DNA of 63,449 nucleotides from Chiloscyllium plagiosum (taxonomy: Eukaryota): contig NC_057727.1 in the NCBI RefSeq assembly GCF_004010195.1, positions 7,735,416 to 7,798,864 on the forward strand. Reading direction: 5' to 3'. This document shows positions 1 through 10,280 of the stretch, in pieces. The first letter of the stretch is position 1. Each line of letters starts with the position of its first letter. Under the pieces are notes generated by a model. The model was not told the DNA's origin. It did not search any database and was given only the letters and a program-made list of their open reading frames with translations. Made by a program: the position numbers and the translations under genes.

Positions 1-498
1 CGCCCCGTGGCTCAACATTTCAACTCCCCCTCCCACTCTGCCGAGGGTATGGGGGTGCTGGGCCTCCTCCACCGCCGCTCCCTCACCACCAGATGCCTGG
101 AGGAAGAACGCCTCATCTTCTGCCTCGGAACACTTCAACCCCAGGGCATCAGTGTGGATTTCAACAGTTTCCTCATTTCCCGTTCCCCCACCTCATCCTA
201 GCTTCTAACCTCCAGAAACTCGATCCCCTGACCTGTCCGGACTTGTCCGACCTGCCCAGCTCGTTTTCCACCTATCCACTCCACCCTCTCTTCCCTGACC
301 TATCACCTTCATCTCCTTCCCCACTGACCTATTGTACTCTATGCCACTCTCTCCCCACCCCTACCCTCCTCTAGCTTATCTCTCCATGCTTCAGGTTCTC
401 TGCCTTTATTCCTGATGAAGGGCTTTTGCCCGAAACGTCGATTTTGCCTGTCCTCGGATGCTGCCTGAATTGCTGTGCTCTTCCAGCACCACTGATCC
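1..498 (+). mobile_element. Penelope-like retroelement 3' end (GIY-YIG endonuclease C-terminus plus terminal repeat region)
   Basis: ORF 7..201 (VAQHFNSPSHS...LEEERLIFCLGTLQPQGISVDF) matches the typical PLE endonuclease tail. It is followed by a pyrimidine-rich tract and a hammerhead motif. A related copy lies at 37490-38253 (-). Confidence 0.85.
408..443 (+). ncRNA. Minimal type I hammerhead ribozyme motif (Penelope-associated)
   Basis: CTGATGA (412-418), A, GGGC-TTTT-GCCC helix II, GAAA (432-435), C-GTC. Helix I is weak (ATTC/GATT). Confidence 0.7.
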
Positions 499-1098
499 AC
501 TTTCTGGGAGAATGTGAGCAAGACAGTGAGTGAATCCAGCCAGGGAGGAATTCTGTTTTGTCAGCGCAGGTTCTGATGATCTGTAGTGACTGGACAAACG
601 GGTATAGAGGATTTAGCTGGAACAGTGGACGGAGTTGGATGATTAATTATGATTATATTGAATGGTAGAGCAGGTTCAAAGGGCTGAATGACCTACTCCA
701 GCTCCTATATTTTATGTTTCTTTCCAGAAGGCATGGCCGGAATGGGGCAGGCAACAGAATCAAAAACAAATATACTCGAAGAGGAGGTATTTGTAAGGGG
801 ACATGAAAAGTGACTAGTTTGGTAGCTCTTTCAAAGACCTGTTGTGTGTGTGATGGGCTGAACAGCCTCCTTCTGTGCAGCAATGACCCAGGGACCCAGC
901 CATCTAACAAAGAATAAATATGTGCACACCTCCTTCCCTCTCCAGAGAAAATTTCCGTTGTGAGTGCTGGTGAATTTCAGATCTAATTGACATGGGGCTG
1001 GGGGGGTTGGCGGGGGTGGGCAGGCTGAGGAATGGGTGTGCTGGGGCAGAATTTTAATCTGTAAAGGGTATGTGACAAGAGAGAAGAGATTAGTTTAC

Positions 1099-1200
1099 CT
1101 CACGGATCCATCACTGCAGGCTGCAGCCAGGAAGTGACACAAGGAGATGGAGGCTGTCCTGAAATTCGCCTCAGTGTCCACCACCACAATGGACATGTAC
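1099..1200 (-). CDS. WDR6: WDR6 coding exon 3 (YMSIVVVDTEANFRTASISLCHFLAAACSDGSVR); gene continues beyond the left edge
   Basis: AG acceptor at 1202-1201 and GT donor at 1098-1097. Phase matches exon 2. Resembles human WDR6 RYMSLAV...VAAACSDGAVR. Confidence 0.9.
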
Positions 1201-1274
1201 CTTGATGAAAGAGAGTATCACAGATTGATAAAGCCCTCTACACATACAGTCACTGGGCAGTGAACAGCAATACG

Positions 1275-1550
1275 CTTTCAAAACTTTTCAACTTGCATTC
1301 ATCAGGACACATGTAAGAATTCCAGATTTCAAAAGGAAACAACAATTTACACTGCATGAGAAAAGGGTGCTGATTGGTTGCCAAAGTTGACCCTAATTGG
1401 TTGGGATGCTGCAATGGGATATGCACATAGCAATGCCAGAGTGCACTTAGGAATGAATCAGCATCGTAAACAACATGAATTGTCACTCCCCTTTGAAATT
1501 TAGCATTGTTACTCTGCCCTGTCTATGCAAGATGAAAAAGATTCAACAAC
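1275..1550. repeat. Old imperfect palindromic element with a degenerate hammerhead-like end
   Basis: 1292-1347 is a diverged reverse complement of 1478-1531. The minus strand has CCTGATGA at 1299-1306. A related sequence lies at about 10130-10280. Confidence 0.55.
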
Positions 1551-2405
1551 ACATGTCCTTCAACAATAACATAAAGCATTTCAGTTAATTCATACCTGAG
1601 ATAAAAGGGGGTTCAATTCTTCATAATCTTTTTGCTTCTACGAAAAGACTCGGAGTCTGCATGGCTCCTTAATCTCCACCTATATCAGATTGTCGGGCTT
1701 TTACTTGTTGATTCATTTACTAATAATCAACTTTAAAAATTAAACAAATTAATAAATAAATCTGGCACACGAGATAAATAAGGTGGGCAGGTGATGAGAA
1801 CAGTTCCCAAATGCTTCACAATCAATTAAGATCTCTCGAATGCTGTAAAGTAGCGATGACGTTGCTGGAGAGAAAAATATTTACCAGTATGTTGGACTTC
1901 GCTTCTCTGCTCTTTTTCCAACTAAGTTCGAGGTCTACCCAAACAAATTTCAGTTGAGCAAGACAACACCTTCAACATTGCAGCATAGAATCAGGAGTGG
2001 CACTGAAGTATTGGCCAAGATAGTGTCCTAAAATTGTTTGAGTCAGACATGAATGCACAACCTCCTGCCTCAGAGGAGACAGCACGCTACCCACCATGTC
2101 ACAGCTGACACTCATTAACCTTGCCACACTTAAAACTCACCCAGAGGACTCTTGTAGCGCAGTGGTAGTATCCCTACCTCTGACCCAGGAGCCCTAGGTT
2201 CAGGACCCACATTCCTCCAAAAGGTGTACAATAACATCTCTGCGTATGAGAATTAAAAGTAATATTTTAAAACTCATCCTTTTGGCCCCTTCCAAAGTTA
2301 GGTCAGAACGGGGTAAGTGGGAAGGCTGGGGTGAGATTCTACCTTAGCAATATCTCAATAAAAGGCAGTGCCTGAAAAACAACGAGACAGAAACCAAAGT
2401 GATAC

Positions 2406-4878
2406 CTGGTCTCGGGGTCCATCTTGAGCATCCTGTGCCTGTTTTTCTTATGCTCCCAGTCTTCAGCCAGCCTGTGAGAAGCCAGGTGTTCCACTTGACA
2501 GCTGAGAGGTGCACCACCATCGACATGTCGAATAAGAAGGCAGTAAGATTGCAGCTCAGCTCTCCCACCAGCAGAGAATAACACAGATGAGGAGCTGTCA
2601 CCATTACCAGCTCGGCAACTTCCAGTCACAGCTATGGTCCTCACGCTGGAGATGTGGTCATCAACCGTTGTCAGCTTGGACACATGACCTGAGCTTTCGT
2701 AAACGGCTAAAATATTCACTGTTGTGTCCTCGCTGCCTGTCGCCATGATACTTATGGGTCCAGCAGCTGACGATTCAAGCCTTTTCACAAATCGCACACA
2801 GGTAAGCTCACGGCCATGCATGCATTCCTTGATGACTGTCCGGGAGCAGTCGCCCGAGTTGCCTTGGCAAATGAAGATGTCGCCTGACTTGATGTAGGCA
2901 AAGAATTCATTGGTTGGGGAGTTGCAGTAGCTCCATGACCTATGACCTCCACCACAGGGGATGCACAGTAACTTCTCGCTGGTCTTGGCATTCCACAGGA
3001 CAAAGTTGGTGGAATGGAAACCAAGTACAAGGAGGTCACCTTCAGGCGTCGCAAGCAGTCGCTCGAGCCAGTCCATCCCCTTACAGGTTCTCTGACTCCT
3101 TAACAATTTTAGCTTTTTGTCTTCGACTGTCAGCTGACGATAGTAGCCATCCCGTCCAGTGCTGTATATAAAACCGTCGTGGAATAGAACTGACGTCACC
3201 CCCAACTTTCCGTGCAATCCCGGCAAAATGGAAAGTGGCCCTTCGCAGTCAGGCTGGCTGACGATCCCAGGTGAACCAGGTAGGAATCTGCCCTGGCGAT
3301 ACCCTCCTGCTGTATCATCCGAGACCACCACATCCACGCTCCCTTCGCTGAGCCTTTGCTGCTTGTCTCTGTCTCTCCCAGCGCAGGAGTAAAGTAACAA
3401 GGAGCCACGGCGGTCTCCGCAAACCAGGAGATGGGCCTCAGACAGGAACACCACGCTCGTGTGCCACCTGTGCTTGCACAATGGCAGGAGGTAACGGCAC
3501 TTCTCTGCCACCGAGACCACCCGATCTCCCTTGCAGGAAACCACCCGCCAGATCATGATGCCATCGGCACCCGAGGAGAAAAGGTGGCACTCATCTGGAC
3601 TCTGCCCTTCCTGGGAGGCCCAGCCGAGACTGTGCACTTTCCCTTGGTGCACCCGATTCTCCAGCATCTCCACAGGCTCAGAAAGGGTGAATATTTTCAC
3701 CCAGCCGTCAATGTTCCCGACTGCACAAACAACACAGCCATTGCCCAGCCTTCTGACTGCTAACAGGCCGTACGACTGGTAACTTGCATCTTCCATGATG
3801 AGTTTCCATTGGCCAGAGGCCAGGCAATAGCTGTAGATACTTCCAGCATCAGTCAGGACCAAGAGAAGAGTTGGGTCAGCCAATGTCAAAGCCTTTGGTG
3901 TGCCCCTTTTACAGATTTCACCACATTTGAGTTGAATAATGGCCATGCCTTCGGCTTTCTTCCCCTGAATCTTCCACAACCTGATACCTGAGTCTGCTCC
4001 TCCAGTGACTAACCAGCCCTTATCTTCATTAACAGCCAGTGCTCTCACACTCCTCCCTTTATGTCCTTTAAAACAGTCAATGATATCTCCATCATAGCTC
4101 CACACAATGCAAGCTGAATCTTCCCCAATGCTGATAATACGATCTTCCATGAGCCGTACTGACCAGACCCTGGACTGGTGCCCATATAACCGTAGAAGGC
4201 ACTGTACTGAATCTACCTCACCATCACCACCATTCAGAGCTTGGTGCAAGTTCCCAACTTCCCAGAGTCTTATGCTTCTATCATCGGAGGCTGAGGCAAG
4301 AACACCATTCTTCTCCAAGTAATGAATACTGAAGATGACCCCACTGTGCCCACTAATGCGTCTTTCTGTTTGTACCCTACCGTCCTCATTGGTGGGACCC
4401 TCCATTCGCCACAGGACAAGTTGGTTAAAGACAGTTCCAGAAATCAAAATTAGTTCGTCCCAATTGTGACCCACAAAGCAAGCAGAGTACAGGATACATT
4501 TGACATCGCAGTGCACTTCACGCAAGGTCCTTCTTGCCTTGTAGTCACATAGAACCACAGAGTTGTGCCCGAGAGCCAGGCCAAAATACAAGTCCGATTC
4601 ACAGTCACTCTCCAGCCACTGAAGGTCCCAAATCCAGTCGTGCAGTTCGTGTAGCTGCCCGATCCTCTGCAGCTTTGGCTCTCTGGCACACGATTCAAGC
4701 TCGAGCACAATGAGGCCTTTCGCGCCAAACACAGCCAGCCGTGAGCTGTTAGTTTGCACATGTAGAGGCCACGGTTTGATGCCGTGAACACAGTAGTTTT
4801 GAAGCACATTGCAAGAAAGCTTTCTCTCGTAGCCATTTGCCGAATTCAAAGTGTAAAGATTTACACTGGCTCCTTCAC
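2406..4878 (-). CDS. WDR6: WDR6 coding exon 2 (2473 nt, WD40 repeats; tRNA 2'-O-methyltransferase partner, Trm734 homologue)
   Basis: Open frame covering ORF 2339..4849 with many WD40 signatures (GHSGVIF..LASASDDRSIRLW, GHQSRVW, CGGGHRSW, HGRELTCV, MDPETR). CAG acceptor at 4881-4879, GT donor at 2405-2404. Confidence 0.95.
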
Positions 4879-6002
4879 CTGTTAAACAACAGAAAAATTT
4901 AAAAGAAAACTGTTTTTAAAATAATTATTTCTCTTTTACTTGCACTCATTATGTGGGAAAACTAGCAACGGTATAATTAAATTGAATCACATTGAAATTC
5001 CAGAACAGAATCAGGCCATTTGCACCAACTGATTCCTCCTGGTATTTGTACTTCATACAGCCCCCTACCATTTCTTCTATTCTAACTCTGACAGTATATC
5101 ACCTTCTATTCCTGTTCATTCTACTGTAGCTTCCCATTCAGTGCACCGTATTATTCACATCAACTACTGTCCTCTCTTCCAAGGTACAATCTCCTTTGTC
5201 TCCCACTCCAAAGTCTTGAACATGTTGTCAACTCCCAAATTCATGCCCACTATTCCGATAGCTGTTTCCTCACCAAAGCTATCAAATTTGGAATTGCTGC
5301 ATGTTTTATATGGTTTTAATGAGGTTTTATTCTTCCTGCTTTGGTTTTCCATATGTCTTAGCTTTAGAGACAGTTCTTATCCATCACAAATGATATCGTG
5401 GGTGTCTGCAATCATCATAATCTCCTCCTCATCCTTCTCTGCAGCCTTAAACACAACTGACTACACTGTTTCTCCATCTCTAGTTGCCCCAGGACAATGG
5501 CGGTAAACTACTTTCTCCACCAATTATTTCCAACTAAGCGGCTTTCTAGATCAACAAGTTCAACAAACAATCCATAGCGTCGGACTGCAGCTGCATGTAC
5601 AGCAAACTAGGTATAGGTATCTTGGAAAGATGTTAGTGACAATAACAGGGTTTTCCTCAACAGTCTGACAGCTATCAGGGTTATTTTTACAGTGCCTGCC
5701 CACTAAGTATCAGATTTGTTCAGCTCACTTTCATAATTACCATGATGGGTTTGAACAAAGTTCCTCAGTTCTCCCAATCCTGCACCAATAGCACTGTAAC
5801 CCAACATTCTCCAGTATAGTCAGAGTTAGAAGGTACCACTTATGGTGCAGTGATAGCACTCTCTTCCTAATAGTCACAAATTCAGGAGAGCAAATTCCAT
5901 TCCAGGAACTGGAACATCTGGATGTTAAGGGGTTGCTCCACTGTTGGGAGTTACTGCCTTTCAAATGAGACATCGGACTGAGCATATTTCATTGGGTAGA
6001 GT

Positions 6003-6040
6003 GATTCCTGAAGAAGGGCCTGTGCCCGAAACGTCGAATC
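6003..6040 (+). ncRNA. Minimal hammerhead ribozyme motif, intact core
   Basis: GATTC / CTGAAGA / A / GGGC-CTGT-GCCC / GAAA / C-GTC / GAATC. Helix I has 5 bp, helix III is reduced to the palindrome ACGT, and the cleavage triplet is GUC. Confidence 0.75.
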
Positions 6041-6132
6041 TCCTGTTCCCTGGATGCTGCCTGACCTGCTGTGCTGTTCCAGCAATAAAGTTTCAACTTT
6101 GATCTCCAGCATCTGCAGACCTCACTTTCTCC
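6003..6132 (+). mobile_element. Short Penelope-derived element starting at a hammerhead motif
   Basis: Same sequence family as the PLE terminus. Flanked by TAGAGTGAT at 5997-6005 and 6133-6141. Confidence 0.8.
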
Positions 6133-6236
6133 TAGAGTGATCCCAAGGCATCATTAAAAAAAATAGAAATGAAGCTCTCCCTCATATCTTGGTCAATATT
6201 TATCCCTCAATCATCATCAACGCAATCTTTCCAGAG

Positions 6237-6574
6237 TCCTGTGTGTCTGCTGTCCTTGTCCTTCTGGATGGTAGTGGTCATGGATGTGGAAGTGGAAGGT
6301 GCTATTGGAGGTTGGTGAGTGATCCAGCACAGCCTGTAAATGGTACACACTGTGTGTCAGTGGTGAAGGGAGTGAACGTTCAGAGTCTTGTTTGGCGTAC
6401 CAATCAAACAGGCTGCTCTCTCCTGGATAGTGTTGAGCTTCTCTGTGTCTTTCACCTGCTCTCACCCAGGCATTTGGAGACTATTCCATCACTCACCAAC
6501 CTCCAATAGCACCTTCCACTTCCACATCCATGACCACTACCATCCAGAAGGACAAGGACAGCAGACACACAGGA
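6237..6574. repeat. Perfect 87-bp inverted repeat (6237-6323 / 6488-6574) within an old LINE 3' fragment
   Basis: Base-by-base comparison shows the arms are exact reverse complements with a 164-bp spacer. Confidence 0.9.
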
Positions 6575-7533
6575 ACACCACCACCCACAAGTTCCCTGCC
6601 AAACCAATGTTGCCCTAACTTGGGACGATATCGCCACACAGCTGCTCTGACACCAGCAGCTCATCACCACTTCCTGAAGGGCAGTTAGAGATGGGAAAGA
6701 AATGCTGGCCCAGCTAGCGACACCCACATCACCTGAACAAATAAATAAAAATCAAATTATCTGGCCATTCTCACACTGCAGGCTGTGCAGTTTACTGAGC
6801 AAAAACTGGCTCTCTTTTCTACAGCAATGACACTGCTTTACTAGCTGTAAAAGAACCTGAACATTATGAGTAGGACTTGCAAAGTTTTTATGGTCATAAA
6901 GTCATGCAGCATGGAAACAGACCTTTTCGGTCCAAACTCATCCACACTGACCATGTTCCCAAACTAAACTAGTTGTACTTGCCTGTGTTTGGCCTAATCC
7001 CACTAAAACTTTCCTATTCATGTACTTATCCAAATATCTTTTAAATGATGTAACTTGCATTCTACAGTTCCATTGGCAGCTCATTCCACACACATCATAC
7101 AAAAAAAAGCAGGTGGATTGTCTTCCTACACCAGGGTTACCCAGCCTGGGGATGAGGACCTCAAGCGAGGTGACGAGCTGATGTTTTGGGGTCACAATCT
7201 CCAATGCAGCGATGATACCACACAGCTCCCCACCCACCCCTCACAGATCCTCTCTACCCTAACCTCCAAGTCTCGCCAGCTCCCAGTCAAATTTTCACTG
7301 ATGGAGTCACAACCATTTTCAAACCTGGAAATAGGATTTCAGTGACAAAAAGTTTGGAAAGTATTATCCTACATTAAAACCATTCTAGGATTTGACAATG
7401 GGATACGGAAAACCTTTAAATGGAATTGATGCTCCTTTAAAGCTTCTGCAATTTCTATTCAAAGAACGAGATTAATTAGGTTAGTTCATTCAACCAAAGA
7501 AAATCCTTCAAAAAATACATGACTGACATTTAC

Positions 7534-7606
7534 CTGAGACAAGCATGTCTCCCACAAACTGCAAAGCTGTGATGGGCGAGAGCAGTGACACAGACTCACA
7601 CTGCAT
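7534..7606 (-). CDS. WDR6: WDR6 first coding exon (MQCESVSLLSPITALQFVGDMLVS-G)
   Basis: ATG at 7606-7604 and GT donor at 7533-7532. Phase 1 joins exon 2 to give VSGEGASVNLY, like human LLPVTGLECVGDRLLAGEGPDVLVY. Confidence 0.88.
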
Positions 7607-7689
7607 CTTCCTACAGATTCTCTGATACAGTTACAATTTAACATTAAGTTATCCTCAAGACAGGAATCTCTCTCTGCTCTGCGTACAAC

Positions 7690-7850
7690 ATGTTTGTGAC
7701 AAACCGCCCACGCATCCGTTTCACACCAGTCACACAGCTCGATACTGAAAAAGCAGCCGGAAGAAGGTTGTTTCCAAGTAAAGTCGAGATGATTGGTTGC
7801 TTCGTTGCTACAACGTTGCTGAACTGCAGCAAATCAAACGTTGCAATTCC
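7690..7850 (-). promoter_or_regulatory. Probable WDR6 proximal promoter
   Basis: Locally CpG-rich and just upstream of the ATG. GC box at 7704-7709, ETS-like CCGGAAG at 7757-7763, CCAAT (minus strand) at 7792-7796. Confidence 0.5.
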
Positions 7851-8319
7851 TCAAGAGGAAACCGACCCAAGCTACAGAAGAGGCAGAACTGAGTGAAGAT
7901 GGATGTGCAATGGATTACCAGCGTTAACGCTAAAATAAAACAAAGAACTGCGGATTATGGAAATCTGATACAAAGATCTGAAACGTTAACACTGTTTCTC
8001 TCTCTGCAGATGCTGCCAGACCTGGAGTTTGTCCTGCAATTTCTGCTTTTAAGTTAAAACTCCGTTTGCAATCCTCCAATGTCCCCTCCAGCTTGAGAGT
8101 CCAACCCCTTCAAATTGTAATTAAAAACAGAAAGTCAGTAGGTTTGTGAAGACAGAAATACATTCTACTTTGCTTTCAGTGCTGGAGAAAACTCAGACTT
8201 CCTGCATCCGCCGTATTTTAATTTTATTTAAGGGAATGACTGACTCATGTTTCTGTTTACTCAGTGCAACAGAGATTTTTATTGTAAAGTTAAAAGCTTT
8301 TCTTGAGTTTTAAGGAGAG

Positions 8320-8715
8320 GCTGGAAAAGCTCAGGCTGTGTTCTCTTGAACAACGGAAGTTGAGGGGAGACTTGATAGAAATCTATAAAATTATGAGATA
8401 AGGTTGACAGTCAGAATTCATTTCCCAGGGTTGAAATGTCTAATACTCGGGGACATGCATTTCAGGGGAGAGAGGGAAAGTTTGAAGGAGATGTGAGGGG
8501 CAAGTTTTTTTTACACAGAGGGGTAAGAGTCTGGAACACACTGATGAGGGTGGTGGTGGAAGCAGATACAATAGGGGCATTTGAAGGGTCTTTTAGATAA
8601 GCATGTGAGTAAGGAAGGAATGGAGGGATTCGTTTAATTTGGTGTCTTGTTCGGCACAACATTGTGGGCCGAAGGGCCTGTTCCTCTGCTTTTCTGTTCT
8701 GTGTTCTATGTTCTA
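8320..8715 (+). mobile_element. CR1 LINE 3' fragment
   Basis: Degenerate [13 protein letters not shown] coding remnant and the GGGCCGAAGGGCCTGT...(GTTCTAT)n tail. Confidence 0.8.
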
Positions 8716-9086
8716 AAACTCAGCAAGTCTGGTAGCATTCATGAAGAGAAACAAATTGAATGTTTTAGGTCTGTGATGTATTATCAGAACAATTTGATTA
8801 ATTCCGCTGATCTATGAGATGTTTTGAAGACAACTTTAAGATCATGTCAGAGAATATAATAAAAGAGTAGGCCTTTTCTCATTCAGGCAAATCTTTGACA
8901 GATCTGTATCTTAACTCAATTTATTAAGCGTGGTTCCATAGTCCTTCATCTCCTTAGCTATCAAAAATATATCCATATTAAGATCAGAAATTGTCAATTC
9001 CCCCTGTATTCCTACCTTATAGAGTGAAATGTTCTGGCTTTCCACTACACTTTACTGAAGAAGAGCTTCTGCATCTTTGTTAGCTT

Positions 9087-9586
9087 NNNNNNNNNNNNNN
9101 NNNNNNNNNNNNNNNNNNNNNNNNNNNNNNNNNNNNNNNNNNNNNNNNNNNNNNNNNNNNNNNNNNNNNNNNNNNNNNNNNNNNNNNNNNNNNNNNNNNN
9201 NNNNNNNNNNNNNNNNNNNNNNNNNNNNNNNNNNNNNNNNNNNNNNNNNNNNNNNNNNNNNNNNNNNNNNNNNNNNNNNNNNNNNNNNNNNNNNNNNNNN
9301 NNNNNNNNNNNNNNNNNNNNNNNNNNNNNNNNNNNNNNNNNNNNNNNNNNNNNNNNNNNNNNNNNNNNNNNNNNNNNNNNNNNNNNNNNNNNNNNNNNNN
9401 NNNNNNNNNNNNNNNNNNNNNNNNNNNNNNNNNNNNNNNNNNNNNNNNNNNNNNNNNNNNNNNNNNNNNNNNNNNNNNNNNNNNNNNNNNNNNNNNNNNN
9501 NNNNNNNNNNNNNNNNNNNNNNNNNNNNNNNNNNNNNNNNNNNNNNNNNNNNNNNNNNNNNNNNNNNNNNNNNNNNNNNNNNNNNN
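9087..9586. other. Assembly gap (500 N)
   Basis: Run of exactly 500 n, probably a nominal gap size. Confidence 1.
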
Positions 9587-10280
9587 GAGAGAATTTGGGC
9601 AGAGTACCAGCAATCCACCTCAGTCAAACATAGAACTCTCTATATGCAAAGTGTACTTTCTGGAGGACAGGTTAGCGATCGTGAATGGAGACCTCAACTG
9701 ATTTTGCTCAGAGATTTGCAAATGAATTTCAGTGCTGATCTGGTTGAGATGTTGTTAAGATGGTTGCAAGTTACGGTTAATCAAATACAATTACAGCAAA
9801 TGGCAGAATTTAAGCTAGAACTCTCATGATATGCACGGATCTGCATCACATCAGATGTGCACTAAATCCACAGTAGTCAACCACTATACTGAGGTGGGAT
9901 ATTTTGATCAGTCAGTTGATGAAGCTGGATTAAGTTAAAGGACTTAAAGCACTACAACTAGCGTTAGCACCTCGGCTTGGAGGGACATTCCATTTGGTGG
10001 GGGGGGGTTAGGTGTTAAACAAATCTTTCAGATTGAATTCCAGATATTATGTAGTACCAGGTGTTTGGGGTCAGCTGAAATGAACAGCAAAATTAAGTGA
10101 AAAGGTCAGAAAATTGCTGAAGAGCTTATGTTGCTGAAATATTTCATCTTTCACTCATCTGGACAAATGAAAGAATGTCTTATCTCAACTGATCACAGTT
10201 ATTTATTCTCCAGGAGAACAGGCTGACAGACTGGTGAATCAACTTTGACCGGCCAAGATGGTATCATGGAAAATGCAAGC

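Noticed and set aside
406-597. Possible further WDR6 exon
   Set aside because: No similarity to the expected WDR6 continuation, and it partly overlaps the antisense PLE terminus.
2339-4849. 836-aa ORF as a complete single-exon gene
   Set aside because: It starts at TTG and runs past a GT donor. It is WDR6 exon 2, with splice sites at 4878 and 2406.
9052-9829. ORFs of 177-250 aa
   Set aside because: Artefacts of the N gap.
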